A stretch of 64,000 nt of DNA from a virus. The DNA is taken from IMG/VR virus record IMGVR_UViG_3300033149_003115, positions 49,898 to 113,897 of that record. One strand, 5' to 3'. Position numbers and translations under genes: made by a program. Below the pieces are notes generated by a model that searched no databases, was not told the origin of the DNA, and was given only the letters and a program-made list of their open reading frames with translations. Numbering within the stretch: position 1 is the stretch's first letter; every line of letters begins with the position of its first letter. Below, one piece after another: positions 29,341 through 39,305 of the stretch.

Positions 29341-30302
29341 GATTGCTTGTTAGTGGGTATCCTGGCTGGTTGTGCACGAGGCTGGTTGAGAGAGTGCTTA
29401 AGGAGCACAAAGACTGGAGCCTTAGATGCTTGACCTTGAGAGGTTCCCCAAATCCATTAAAGGCTGATGTGGTTAGTGGTGATGTCAGGGATCTCTATAC
29501 CCTGGTTGAGGCAACAAAGGACATAGATCTGGTTGTTCATGCAGCTGGGATCATACATGGTAGACCAAAGACATTGATGGATGTGAACGCTCAGGGAACT
29601 TTAAATATGCTCAAGGCATGTGAGCATAACAATGTCAAGAGGATCATCTATATATCAAGTAACTCAGCAACAGGACACACCAGAGACAAGACACTGATGG
29701 ATGAGGGTACGTTCAGGGAGCCTTATCTGACATATGGTAAGAGCAAGTGGCTAGCTGAGGAGTATGTGAGGGGGTACTGGGAATCTAGAAAGATTGATGG
29801 CATAATACTAAAGCCATGCTGGTATTATGGTCCAAATCAACCAGGACGACAGACTAAGCTGTTTAGGATGATAAAGTCTGGGAGACCTCTGATCCTTGGT
29901 GATGGGAGGAATATTAGATCAATGACCTACATAGACAACCTGGTGGATGCTATCTTCCTGGCATCCAGGAGTGACACCTGGAACACCACGTACTGGATAG
30001 CGGATGAGAGACCCTACACCACGGATGAGATCTACGAGACCATAGCTGATCTCCTGGGGGTGAAGAGATACAACCCTGTTCATCTGCCAGGTCTAATATC
30101 CAGGGTAGCCAGAGCTGGGGATAAGGTCCTTCAGATGCTGGGGATGTACTCTCAGTATGTTCATGTGGCTGGTGAGATGACTCTGAACATAGCATGTGAT
30201 ATCTCCAAAGCCAGGAGAGAGCTTGGGTATGAGCCAGGGGTCTCCCTGAGGGACGGGATGAGGAGATCTATTAGATGGTGTGAGAGGAGAGGGTTGATAT
30301 GA
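29337..30302 (+). CDS. NAD-dependent epimerase/dehydratase
   Basis: SGYPGWL, YGKSK, GDGRNIRSMTY. Confidence 0.9.
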   Translation: MRLLVSGYPGWLCTRLVERVLKEHKDWSLRCLTLRGSPNPLKADVVSGDVRDLYTLVEATKDIDLVVHAAGIIHGRPKTLMDVNAQGTLNMLKACEHNNVKRIIYISSNSATGHTRDKTLMDEGTFREPYLTYGKSKWLAEEYVRGYWESRKIDGIILKPCWYYGPNQPGRQTKLFRMIKSGRPLILGDGRNIRSMTYIDNLVDAIFLASRSDTWNTTYWIADERPYTTDEIYETIADLLGVKRYNPVHLPGLISRVARAGDKVLQMLGMYSQYVHVAGEMTLNIACDISKARRELGYEPGVSLRDGMRRSIRWCERRGLI

Positions 30303-31285
30303 GAGTGCTCATCACTGGATCATCTGGCTTCATAGGGTCCAGGCTAGCTAGGCTCTTCTGTGACAACCATGATGTCTTGTCTGTGGATATCTTGAGATAC
30401 CCATTTGAGCATCCAAGACTACATCACTTAAGAGAGGACTTTGTTAAATTAAGAGTGAAAGACATAAGAGGAGTGGACATTATTTATCACCTAGCAGCTA
30501 AGCTCCCAGTTGATAAGTGCTCTTTTGAGGAGTATTACAGGGTGAACGTGAGAGGGACCAGGGTGTTGCTAGAGAGGAGCCTGGAAGCAGGGGTCAAGAG
30601 GTTTGTCTATGTCTCATCCTCTGCTGTGTATGGGTACCCAAGATCTCCCATCACCGAGGGATCCCTTAGGAGACCAAGAGAGCCTTATGGACTATCAAAG
30701 TACTATGCTGAGCTGGTGTGTGAGCAGTACAGGAGGGATCATGGTATGGATATCTCCATAGTGAGACCAAGGACGGTGATTGGGAGCAAGAGGCTGGGGA
30801 TACTGTACTTGTTGTTTTACTGGATCAGGAATAACAAACATGTGTACTTGATAGGGGATGGAAGGAATAGATATCAGCTACTGTCCATATGGGATCTGAT
30901 CAGAGCCCTGTTCACTCTGAGACACAAAGGGGACTATGAGGACTTTAACCTGGGCACTGACAAGTTCCTCACATTGAGGGAGGACATAGATGATCTTATT
31001 CGGGTAGCTGGATCAAGATCCAGGATAGTGCTCCTGCCATCATTCTCAAAGGTGATGTGTAGGATAGCTGACAGGTTCATCCCCTTAGCCAGGTGGCATT
31101 ATGATCTGATAGATAGGGACTTCTATTTTGATATCTCAAAGGCTAGGGACATGCTGGGATGGATCCCTATACACTCCAACCTTGAGATGCTAGTGGAGGC
31201 TTACAGGACACTGGATGTCAGTGAGGATCACAGATCCTCTCATTTCTCTCCTGTTGATCTGAGGTTGTTGAGATTACTGCCATGA
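30299..31285 (+). CDS. NAD-dependent epimerase/dehydratase
   Basis: TGSSGFIG, SSSAVYG, YGLSK. Confidence 0.9.
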   Translation: MRVLITGSSGFIGSRLARLFCDNHDVLSVDILRYPFEHPRLHHLREDFVKLRVKDIRGVDIIYHLAAKLPVDKCSFEEYYRVNVRGTRVLLERSLEAGVKRFVYVSSSAVYGYPRSPITEGSLRRPREPYGLSKYYAELVCEQYRRDHGMDISIVRPRTVIGSKRLGILYLLFYWIRNNKHVYLIGDGRNRYQLLSIWDLIRALFTLRHKGDYEDFNLGTDKFLTLREDIDDLIRVAGSRSRIVLLPSFSKVMCRIADRFIPLARWHYDLIDRDFYFDISKARDMLGWIPIHSNLEMLVEAYRTLDVSEDHRSSHFSPVDLRLLRLLP

Positions 31286-31301
31286 GAGGAGGATGTGAAG
31301 A

Positions 31302-32366
31302 ATGAAGGTGTTGATAGTTCATCCCTCTTTTGGGGTGTATGGAGGAGCTGAGCTTGCTATCTTCTACCTGACCAGGTACCTGAGGAGGAGAGGGGTGATG
31401 GTTGACATTACTACTAATATACTACATTACCAAGTGAGGAGAGATCTTAGAGGACTATGTGGTTTCCATGTGATGTTCAGTGATGATCTGTACCATGGGA
31501 TAGCTAAGTATGTCCATGAGCACTATAAGGAGTATGATGTGATAAACATGCATAACCATCCAGCTGAGCTCACTTTGTACCCTCACAAACATCCCTCTGT
31601 CTGGTACGTGAACGAGCCTCCCCAGGATGTCCTGGATGGGAAGGATGTCCATGAGAGTGAGAGGGTGGCTGTGAGGGACACTGTTGGGGAAGTGATCACT
31701 AACTCTGAGCATAACCAGGATGTTATCAGGAGGGTCTATGGAAGGAGATCCTCCATAGTGAGGTATGGTGTGGATCATGATTTCCTGGACAGGTATGACC
31801 TGGACAACCCTGTGATCAGAGACCTGGGGATTGATGATGATGACTATGTTATTCTACACTCAGGATGGTGGAACCCCTTCAAGGATCAGGTGTACTCAGT
31901 GAGGGTGTTCAGGAGGTTTAACAAGGTGGTCCCAGGGTCTAAGCTTGTGCTGTCTGGATACAACAAGACTCCATATGCCAGGCTTGTATATGATGCCATC
32001 AGGAGATCTGGGTGTGGGGACAAGATATTAGTCCATGACAGGGTGTCCAAGACAGAGGCTAGGGACCTGTGTGCCAGAGCTGATGTCTTGATCAATCCAT
32101 GTAGGGGTCAGGGATCTTTCCTGTCCACGTATGAAGCCATTAGTCTTGGTAAGACTGTGATAGTGAGGGATGATGTCCCAGACATCAGGCTTATCAGGGG
32201 ACATGATCTGTGCATAGTCTCGGATGACTTCTATGAGACATTATTGGATGTGTACAATGGGAGGCTGTGTGTCTCTGGAGATGCCAGGACATGGGTTAGG
32301 AATAATTTGACATGGGACAAGTATGGGGAAGGTGTGTATAACATCATGAGGGATGTTGTTGGATGA
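31302..32366 (+). CDS. GT4 glycosyltransferase
   Basis: GGAE, YGVD, YEAISLG, LTWDKY. Confidence 0.85.
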   Translation: MKVLIVHPSFGVYGGAELAIFYLTRYLRRRGVMVDITTNILHYQVRRDLRGLCGFHVMFSDDLYHGIAKYVHEHYKEYDVINMHNHPAELTLYPHKHPSVWYVNEPPQDVLDGKDVHESERVAVRDTVGEVITNSEHNQDVIRRVYGRRSSIVRYGVDHDFLDRYDLDNPVIRDLGIDDDDYVILHSGWWNPFKDQVYSVRVFRRFNKVVPGSKLVLSGYNKTPYARLVYDAIRRSGCGDKILVHDRVSKTEARDLCARADVLINPCRGQGSFLSTYEAISLGKTVIVRDDVPDIRLIRGHDLCIVSDDFYETLLDVYNGRLCVSGDARTWVRNNLTWDKYGEGVYNIMRDVVG

Positions 32367-32689
32367 CTAAGGAGAGGACTATACAGGATTTTTGTGTGAA
32401 GTGTGGTAGCTGCTGTAGGAGGTTTGTGTTTAGAACTATCATGGGAGAGAAGGACTATGAGTTCTACAGACATGTGTATAACAATGGCTTTAGAGCCCAA
32501 CAGGTTGAGGTGTATTTTCCATCCAGGAACATGATGGATATTGTTATAAAAATACCTTGTAGGTTCCTTGATCCTGTCACCAACAAATGTATGAGCTATG
32601 AGAGCAGACCTGATCTGTGTAGGAGCTATTATTGTAAAAGAGTCAGAGAAGAGTATCAAAGATACAAGGATGGTATGAGGGATGAATAG
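32363..32689 (+). CDS. YkgJ/CxxCxxCC cysteine-cluster protein
   Basis: CVKCGSCC...CRFL...C..YESRPDLCRSYYC. Confidence 0.8.
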   Translation: MTKERTIQDFCVKCGSCCRRFVFRTIMGEKDYEFYRHVYNNGFRAQQVEVYFPSRNMMDIVIKIPCRFLDPVTNKCMSYESRPDLCRSYYCKRVREEYQRYKDGMRDE

Positions 32690-33446
32690 TAGGACCAGGA
32701 GCAACCTTAGGAAAGAGAAACACCTCTTGGATGCTATTGACATTGCATTACGTGATCTAAAGATAAGATATGAGCCATTGTACCACAAATACAACTTCAA
32801 GAATGAGTGGGGTAAGGGGGTGCCAGACTATGACCTTGGATGTCTTGGTACATTAGAGGCTAAGAACTGGAACTGTGAGCGTTACTGGGTATCAGCTGAG
32901 AAGGCTCTGGAGCAGATAATACATAGGTTCATTGACTATGACAACCCCAAGATGTACTATAATCAAAAATACCTGGTGATATCCAGACCAAGGTGGATCA
33001 ATCACACAAGGGAGTTCCTCATAGCACATGGTATTAACATCATAGAGCTTGGGTATTTCGTGGATGAGGACAACATTGACAAGGCGTCTAAGGACATAAA
33101 GGACAAGCTGGGTGAGTACATCAAGGCATCTAGTCAGAGATCCCAGTGTGAGATCAGGATCTTTCCAACCTATCCAGTCAAGGACACCCTGACTTACTCC
33201 TTCAATTACTCATCCAGCCTCGACATGCCTGATCACATGAGACATGAAAGCTGTGTTGGTCTCTCTAGACACATACCCTTGTCACATAGACCTCCTTTTT
33301 ACTGGACACCCATATCAAGTGCTAGATATATTAAAGGTTATAATACTGGATATATTATTGGATATATTACATACCCAACCAATGATCCTACCTGTCCTGG
33401 AGATCATTCTCACTTGTTACTGTCTAAGAAAAGTGATAAAGGATGA
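32682..33446 (+). CDS. putative PD-(D/E)XK nuclease-fold protein
   Basis: PDY...LEAKNW. Confidence 0.5.
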   Translation: MNSRTRSNLRKEKHLLDAIDIALRDLKIRYEPLYHKYNFKNEWGKGVPDYDLGCLGTLEAKNWNCERYWVSAEKALEQIIHRFIDYDNPKMYYNQKYLVISRPRWINHTREFLIAHGINIIELGYFVDEDNIDKASKDIKDKLGEYIKASSQRSQCEIRIFPTYPVKDTLTYSFNYSSSLDMPDHMRHESCVGLSRHIPLSHRPPFYWTPISSARYIKGYNTGYIIGYITYPTNDPTCPGDHSHLLLSKKSDKG

Positions 33447-33559
33447 CCAGTAGAAGCAAGATAAGATGTCCAAGGTGTGGATCCAAGAAGATCAAGAAGC
33501 TGAACTATGTGTACCAATGTAGGGTATGCAAGGAGATCTGGAGCAAGGCTAGTCACTAG
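33443..33559 (+). CDS. tiny Zn-ribbon protein; absent from the ORF track
   Basis: MTSRSKIRCPRCGSKKIKKLNYVYQCRVCKEIWSKASH; ATGA overlap. Confidence 0.6.
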   Translation: MTSRSKIRCPRCGSKKIKKLNYVYQCRVCKEIWSKASH

Positions 33560-34436
33560 TCATCTTGTAGACCAGGTTGTACCTCATCCCTCTAGAGAAC
33601 AGTCTCTCCCTGATAACGCTCACTGGAGTCATCCTACCTGGATCTATCCTCTTTACACCTGATATACTGGTCCTCTTGTTGAACAAGGCTCTGTCCACAT
33701 AAGATAATATGTCATCAAGCTCATCTGGGAACCTGGAGAAGCAGACAATGGTGAGGTCTAGATAATACTCCCCTATTCTCTTGTCTATCCATCTCTGGTT
33801 GAACCCTCTCCCCAAGATATCTATGGCTAGTCTTGGGAATGAGTGGAGAGACAGATCATCCCTGGGATAATCAACATATATCCAGCCTGGAGTGGATACA
33901 TCAAAGTAGAGATCAACATCTAAGCTACCCCAGGGTCCTCCAGAATCCCTGTACAATGCCGTTCCCATCCAGTAGTCACTATCCACCGTGTTCTTACCTA
34001 TGGTGTAATAGTCAGTAGCAGACACTGAGCTCTTAGGCTCAACGACTATCCAGTATGTCTTGTTAGATCCCAGCATGGATGATATTGGAACATTGACAGT
34101 GTAGGGGCTCAGGATAGTGGGAACTGATCCCACAGATATGGAGTGAGATCCCAGGGTGGATCCTGATGGTTGATCATCACTGGATGATTGTAAGGACACC
34201 ACTATTCCCTGGTCTGGAGATCCATATCTCCTCAGCTTAAGAGTAATCGGAACTGTCCCAGAGTAAGGATCAGTCTTTCTGTAGAACTTGGAGTATGGGA
34301 TAAAGGACTGAGCTATGTCTATTGTGGATGTAGCTGATAAGGTGTGCTCTGTGTCTCCACTTAAACACTCAGGGTATAGCCTGAGCCTCAAGGTGTCCTG
34401 TATAGCACTCTTTAGAGCATTTAAGCTGAACACCAA
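33549..34436 (-). CDS. tail terminator/completion protein with an inserted beta-sandwich
   Basis: C-terminal WIYVDYP...FPRLAI tail-completion pattern; S/T-rich insert; position in neck cluster. Confidence 0.6.
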   Translation of the reverse strand: MVFSLNALKSAIQDTLRLRLYPECLSGDTEHTLSATSTIDIAQSFIPYSKFYRKTDPYSGTVPITLKLRRYGSPDQGIVVSLQSSSDDQPSGSTLGSHSISVGSVPTILSPYTVNVPISSMLGSNKTYWIVVEPKSSVSATDYYTIGKNTVDSDYWMGTALYRDSGGPWGSLDVDLYFDVSTPGWIYVDYPRDDLSLHSFPRLAIDILGRGFNQRWIDKRIGEYYLDLTIVCFSRFPDELDDILSYVDRALFNKRTSISGVKRIDPGRMTPVSVIRERLFSRGMRYNLVYKMTSD

Positions 34437-34437
34437 T

Positions 34438-34851
34438 CTAGGATCCCCTCAATATCTCCTTTATCCTGGTATACACGTTATTCACCAGGTTGTCCCTATT
34501 GCTACTCAGTATGCTCTCTAGATCCTCTCTACTAACCCATCCAGCTTTCTTCATAGGTTTGATGTATTTCCAGTAGGGACATCTGAAAGCTCTCCACATG
34601 AACACAGCCTTCCTCCTCTTCACCTCCTCCTCAGGGTACTCCCTGGTAGAAGGAATAATATAAGTAGTCATGGACTGTACATCCGTCTCTACCACATATT
34701 CTTTATCCCCCATCTCATTTATCTGATCAGCTATGGGAGCAGATCCATCATGCATACCAATAACAGCTTTGTCCTTTATTCTGTTATTTAGATCTTTAAA
34801 GAACCTAAGTGCATCTCGTACTCCACTAATTTCTATAGTTATTAAAGTCAT
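34438..34851 (-). CDS. HK97 gp10-like tail-completion protein
   Basis: ITIEISGVRDALRFF N-terminus; gene order. Confidence 0.5.
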   Translation of the reverse strand: MTLITIEISGVRDALRFFKDLNNRIKDKAVIGMHDGSAPIADQINEMGDKEYVVETDVQSMTTYIIPSTREYPEEEVKRRKAVFMWRAFRCPYWKYIKPMKKAGWVSREDLESILSSNRDNLVNNVYTRIKEILRGS

Positions 34852-34858
34852 CTCTTGA

Positions 34859-35233
34859 TCACACTCCAGTAGATGTCTTTCTTAGTATAACCTCTTTATA
34901 GGCAACGGTGTTAAGCTCATAATGTTTGATGATCTCCACCACCTCAGTTTCTATCCCATCATTTAATATCACCCTATCATTGACATCGATATCAATGTTG
35001 GACTTAAAACATCCAGAGTAGTCCCCATCCACTCTATACCCTACTATATCCCATATCTCCCTTAATCCTCCAAATGGTATTATCCAGGCTCTGGTGCTTA
35101 TTGTATCATAGTAGGACTCATCCACGACCTGGTTATCATCGTCCAGTGTGAACGTGTGTCTATGGATCTTGACACTCTGACCATAAGTGTCTATCAGCTT
35201 CCCAACATGCCAGTTGGTCTCCATAGCACTCAT
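34859..35233 (-). CDS. head closure/head-tail adaptor
   Basis: LIDTYGQSVKIHR N-terminus, about 120 aa, synteny. Confidence 0.6.
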   Translation of the reverse strand: MSAMETNWHVGKLIDTYGQSVKIHRHTFTLDDDNQVVDESYYDTISTRAWIIPFGGLREIWDIVGYRVDGDYSGCFKSNIDIDVNDRVILNDGIETEVVEIIKHYELNTVAYKEVILRKTSTGV

Positions 35234-35235
35234 GT

Positions 35236-35877
35236 TTACATCCTCCTCCTATGTAAGGTCATGTCAGAGCTGGTCTTCTTGACATGATAGTGGGACTTAA
35301 CCAGTGACATCATCTCGTAGTATTTGTCTAAGTACTCATTATATGGTTTTGTGTAATGTCTAAAGGTGATGGGACCTCTCCTAACACTGTCAGGTAAGAC
35401 AGTGAACTTCTGTACACAGAACAGGAAAGCTGCCAGGTAAGCACATGCTACCTTGATGAGATCCCAGTTCAGATCATCCTCCAGGGTGTAGGAATAGTCA
35501 ATAGTGATCATCTCTACACTCCCAGGAGGAGCTGATGTCAACACTATCTGACCATCTCTACTATACACCGTATCCACACCAACAGAGCTCTTAGTGGAGG
35601 GATCTTCCTTGTCAGTCCAGGTCCAGACAGTGACATCAGCAGATCCCACAGTTCCCCTATCACCACTCACATCAGCTATTGGGTAGTTACTAACAGAGAA
35701 TGTGGTGTTAGATCCATCTATGTCTCCTACTGGTTCCTCATCTTTGACAGAAATAGTGAGATCCTCAATTATCATCTGAGTGGCTATGTCAATAAACTCA
35801 CCTAGCTCACTATCAGACACATCGCTCTCAGTTAACCCTGTCAAGGTCCTTACCTCTGAGACTGTGGCATAAGGCAT
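35236..35877 (-). CDS. head-tail connector (gp6/gp15-like) with beta insert
   Basis: MPYATVSEVR..TGL..., IKVACAYLAA; directly after capsid gene. Confidence 0.7.
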   Translation of the reverse strand: MPYATVSEVRTLTGLTESDVSDSELGEFIDIATQMIIEDLTISVKDEEPVGDIDGSNTTFSVSNYPIADVSGDRGTVGSADVTVWTWTDKEDPSTKSSVGVDTVYSRDGQIVLTSAPPGSVEMITIDYSYTLEDDLNWDLIKVACAYLAAFLFCVQKFTVLPDSVRRGPITFRHYTKPYNEYLDKYYEMMSLVKSHYHVKKTSSDMTLHRRRM

Positions 35878-36005
35878 TTCATCACTCTCTAATAATAATA
35901 AAGACACTCCACTCTCTTATTAAATTATAGCATAAAAAAGATAACGTCTATTGGAGAACCCTCCAATAGACAAAGCTCATCTACTTCAAACCAGCACTAC
36001 ACGGC

Positions 36006-37070
36006 TCAAGCAGCTGGATACTCGTAGTCAGAAGACTGAGCATTCACAACTGCACCAACTGCCAGTGAGTCAGCTACTCCGAAGTTACGCTCAGCCCAGA
36101 AGTGGTACCAGACTGAGTCATAGTCAGGCTTGTCCTCTCTAACCCCACTTAGATCTCTCTTACGGACATCGTACCCTAGTCTCTTACTATCAACCACAAA
36201 GGCATTCCCCTGTGGAGCTCTGGAGCTAGTGACAACCTTCATACCAAAGATCTTCCCTATTTCAGCATTCATGAGAGCCTCATTTGAGCCATAAGCTGAC
36301 ACATCCACGAACTTGACATTAGGATCAAAGAGCAGGGAAGCTAGGTCAGCATCATTTATGATCAACACATCAGGCTTTCTATGCTTAGCCACAAGCTTAG
36401 ATCTGACCCTTAATATGTCCTTAGCAGACAGGGATCCAGCAGAGCTAGCACCAACCCACAATGTGGTTGAGCTAAGATAGTCTGAGTAGACTGATGTGAT
36501 AGTAGCTGCCGTCACAGACCCAGTGAGTGTGACCTTACCAGTATCATACTCAACAGAGCTGATAGTGGCACTGGATGGAACATCAGTTATCTTGATGACT
36601 GGAGTGTTGGGGAATGTCCCAAGTGACCCAGTGGCTACAGTACATGTCTGAGTAGTCAAGTCAAGCATCACGGTCTGAGCCACATCATCAAGCACCTCAG
36701 CCCATTCCAGACCTGCTTCATAGATGTGATCCTTGATCACATCTCTCATAGCCTGCTCCAGTGCTTCATTTGTGAACTCTAACCTGATCCCAGACTTGGT
36801 GACAGTCACAGTCACAGCATCATACGTGAAGCTAGAAGAAGCAATAGTGGCTCCAGGTGATGCTCCCCATGTGACAGATATCCCAGTGCCTTTCTTAGGA
36901 AACTGGATCTGTCTTGGAGTGTTAGGTCTTTTAAGATCCTCATTAGGCTTAAAGAGCTGAGCAAAGACCACTTCTCCCCTAGCAACCTCTTCTATGGTGT
37001 CAGCTATAGCCTTACCAGTGATAGCTGCTACATCAGCAGTTCCAAGTGCTAGTTCCTCTATAGATTTCAT
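36006..37070 (-). CDS. major capsid protein 1 (HK97 fold)
   Basis: K.G.RLEFTNE, PDVLIIN, EIGKIFGMKVVTS. Confidence 0.85.
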   Translation of the reverse strand: MKSIEELALGTADVAAITGKAIADTIEEVARGEVVFAQLFKPNEDLKRPNTPRQIQFPKKGTGISVTWGASPGATIASSSFTYDAVTVTVTKSGIRLEFTNEALEQAMRDVIKDHIYEAGLEWAEVLDDVAQTVMLDLTTQTCTVATGSLGTFPNTPVIKITDVPSSATISSVEYDTGKVTLTGSVTAATITSVYSDYLSSTTLWVGASSAGSLSAKDILRVRSKLVAKHRKPDVLIINDADLASLLFDPNVKFVDVSAYGSNEALMNAEIGKIFGMKVVTSSRAPQGNAFVVDSKRLGYDVRKRDLSGVREDKPDYDSVWYHFWAERNFGVADSLAVGAVVNAQSSDYEYPAA

Positions 37071-37128
37071 CTTAATCCTCCTCTAATTGTATGTTAATTA
37101 TTATGTGTGATGAGATATATAAAGAGTG

Positions 37129-37488
37129 TCATATCTCCTTGTACCTAATGACATAGAATATCTTGGAGCCAACTGATACATCTGACCATGTGATCACAAT
37201 ACCCTCATCAACATCTCCATCAATCCTGACCTCTGGCAATGTAAGTCCCTGGAACTTGGAGCAGTATAGCTTTGCTAGGATCTTACCACTATTGCTATAC
37301 TTAGCCTCTACATCCCCAGCACTGCTATCTGAGAATATATACACTCCTCGTGTACTGATCAGCCTACCCTTCCCTGGAGTAAGGACAGTGATGGGAGAAG
37401 ACTCAGTAGATGTATCTATCTCATCAGAAACACTGCTCTCAGAGCTCATTACATCTACCATCGAGGATGGCTTAGGTCTTTCTCCCAT
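37129..37488 (-). CDS. putative head decoration/virion protein
   Basis: Beta-rich, 119 aa, between the two capsid genes. Confidence 0.45.
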   Translation of the reverse strand: MGERPKPSSMVDVMSSESSVSDEIDTSTESSPITVLTPGKGRLISTRGVYIFSDSSAGDVEAKYSNSGKILAKLYCSKFQGLTLPEVRIDGDVDEGIVITWSDVSVGSKIFYVIRYKEI

Positions 37489-37705
37489 TGCTGATCATCA
37501 ATTAATAACAGGAGCATTATCTATAAACTTTACTAGAAATAAGCAACAGATCTGATCTATTTCTTACAAGGTAATCTCTAGAGCCTGATCCCCAGACTCA
37601 ATATGATAGGAATATTCTGAGATCGTGTAGTTTGTTTCTTATCCTCATCTTGAGGGTACTACCCATTGAAACATCAAGATAGTCTCATCCCAAGCTGGAC
37701 ATCAT

Positions 37706-38782
37706 CTATAGGCTTGCAGCTCCATATTCTCCCTGCTTGGCATTCACTATCACTCCTATGGCATTATCATCAGATACAGCCATCTCCCTCTCAGCCCAGA
37801 AGTGATAGAATACACTATCATAGTCAGGCTTGATCTCCTCATTTCCATCAAGGTCCCTCTTGATCACATCATACCCCAGTCTACTGGAGTCCACTAGTAT
37901 CCCAACTCCCTCAGGGACATTGGCAGAGCTCACTACTTTGAGATCCACTATCTGTCCCAGCTCTCCATTGAGCTTGTCATCCTTACCAGCATATAGCCTC
38001 TCATGTACAAACAAGGTCTGAGTGTCTGGATCGTATAGCAAGGTGGTGACCTCTGATGGATGTACCAGCAACACATCAGGGTGAATAGAGTTACTGATCA
38101 GGGTACTCCTAAGGTTCAAGACATCCCATATCTTGAGGTATTGCTTGGTGTTAGCATCCAGGTAAAACCCATTGCTCCTACATCTATCTGAATATAAGAA
38201 AGTCAGAGTACCAGATGATATAGATGATGTGAGCAACACCTTACCACTATAATAATCAACAGAGCTAACAGTGGCTCCTGATGGCACAGATGATATGCTA
38301 ATAACAGGGGTCAAGGTGGTACTACCCAGAGTACCCCCAGACCATGATGTTATGCTCCCAGTCTTTAGATCCAGGGCTATGGTCTGAGCCCGCTTATCAA
38401 GCTCATCAGCATATTTCTTCCCTACCATGTACACAGCATCTTTCAATAGATCCCTGGCTGTTGACTCTAACACCTCCTTGGGTATTTCTAGTCTAACACC
38501 AAACTTAGCAACATCAACAGTCAGAGCATCATATGAGAATGAGGATGGGGGCAATGTGGTGTTCTCCCCAACATCAGATGACACTACAATATTGTCCTCA
38601 AGCTTGGGGATCTCCAGTCTCCTGCCTGGACTCCTCAAGAAGTCCTTGTTCTCTCTAAAGAGCTGAGTAAAGACTACTTCATTCCTAGCAACATCATCTA
38701 TAGTCTTAGCTATCACCTTTGGAGTAATAGCCTGGACATCAGCTGTCCCCAGTGCCAGCTCCACTATCTCCTTACTATTCAT
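37706..38782 (-). CDS. major capsid protein 2 (paralog)
   Basis: Collinear with 36006 (LALGTADV, RLGYDV.KRDL.G, KPDYDSV.YHFWAER). Confidence 0.85.
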   Translation of the reverse strand: MNSKEIVELALGTADVQAITPKVIAKTIDDVARNEVVFTQLFRENKDFLRSPGRRLEIPKLEDNIVVSSDVGENTTLPPSSFSYDALTVDVAKFGVRLEIPKEVLESTARDLLKDAVYMVGKKYADELDKRAQTIALDLKTGSITSWSGGTLGSTTLTPVISISSVPSGATVSSVDYYSGKVLLTSSISSGTLTFLYSDRCRSNGFYLDANTKQYLKIWDVLNLRSTLISNSIHPDVLLVHPSEVTTLLYDPDTQTLFVHERLYAGKDDKLNGELGQIVDLKVVSSANVPEGVGILVDSSRLGYDVIKRDLDGNEEIKPDYDSVFYHFWAEREMAVSDDNAIGVIVNAKQGEYGAASL

Positions 38783-38788
38783 TTACTC

Positions 38789-39031
38789 TTACCTCCTGGT
38801 GGGTGGGACTCTCCTGAAGTGCTCTATAGCCCAGTCAGCAGCTACCTTGCTCTTCTCATCAGGGCTACTGGCACTAGAGAGACTCTGGGATATCACCCTC
38901 TCCTTTCTAAGCTCTTCCACCTCATGCTTAAGTCCCTTCATACCCTCTTCTAGCTCCTTCACCTTTTTAGCAAGATCATCCATCTTCTGTAGCTTCTCTA
39001 GTAAGCTCAACATTGTACTCACATCACTCAT
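38789..39031 (-). CDS. small scaffolding-like coiled-coil protein
   Basis: Heptad coiled coil; C-terminus AADWAIEHFRRVPPTRR. Confidence 0.55.
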   Translation of the reverse strand: MSDVSTMLSLLEKLQKMDDLAKKVKELEEGMKGLKHEVEELRKERVISQSLSSASSPDEKSKVAADWAIEHFRRVPPTRR

Positions 39032-39045
39032 GTCATCTCACCTCT

Positions 39046-39303
39046 CTAGATCACCCTTCTCTCAGGTGGTTCCCTCTTAAAGTGTAGTATAGCCATCTCA
39101 GCTGCATTGTCTAGCAGAGGCTCCATCTTCTTCTTCTTCCTCATCTTCTCCTTCTCAAGATGCTCAAGTGCACTCAGGGTATGGAACTTAGGCTTGTCAT
39201 CCTGTGACAAGCTCACATTTTCTCCTCTTAGATCCTGGACATCCTTCTCCAGCTTACTTAGACGACTTAGTATTTCCCTCACCAAGCTTTCCAGGTTAGA
39301 CAC
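39046..39303 (-). CDS. small scaffolding-like coiled-coil protein (paralog)
   Basis: Coiled coil; C-terminus AAEMAILHFKREPPERRVI. Confidence 0.55.
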   Translation of the reverse strand: MSNLESLVREILSRLSKLEKDVQDLRGENVSLSQDDKPKFHTLSALEHLEKEKMRKKKKMEPLLDNAAEMAILHFKREPPERRVI

Positions 39304-39305
39304 TT

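Noticed and set aside
37490-37705. ncRNA or small ORF between capsid 2 and the 37129 gene
   Set aside because: No ORF of meaningful length on the minus strand and no recognisable RNA fold
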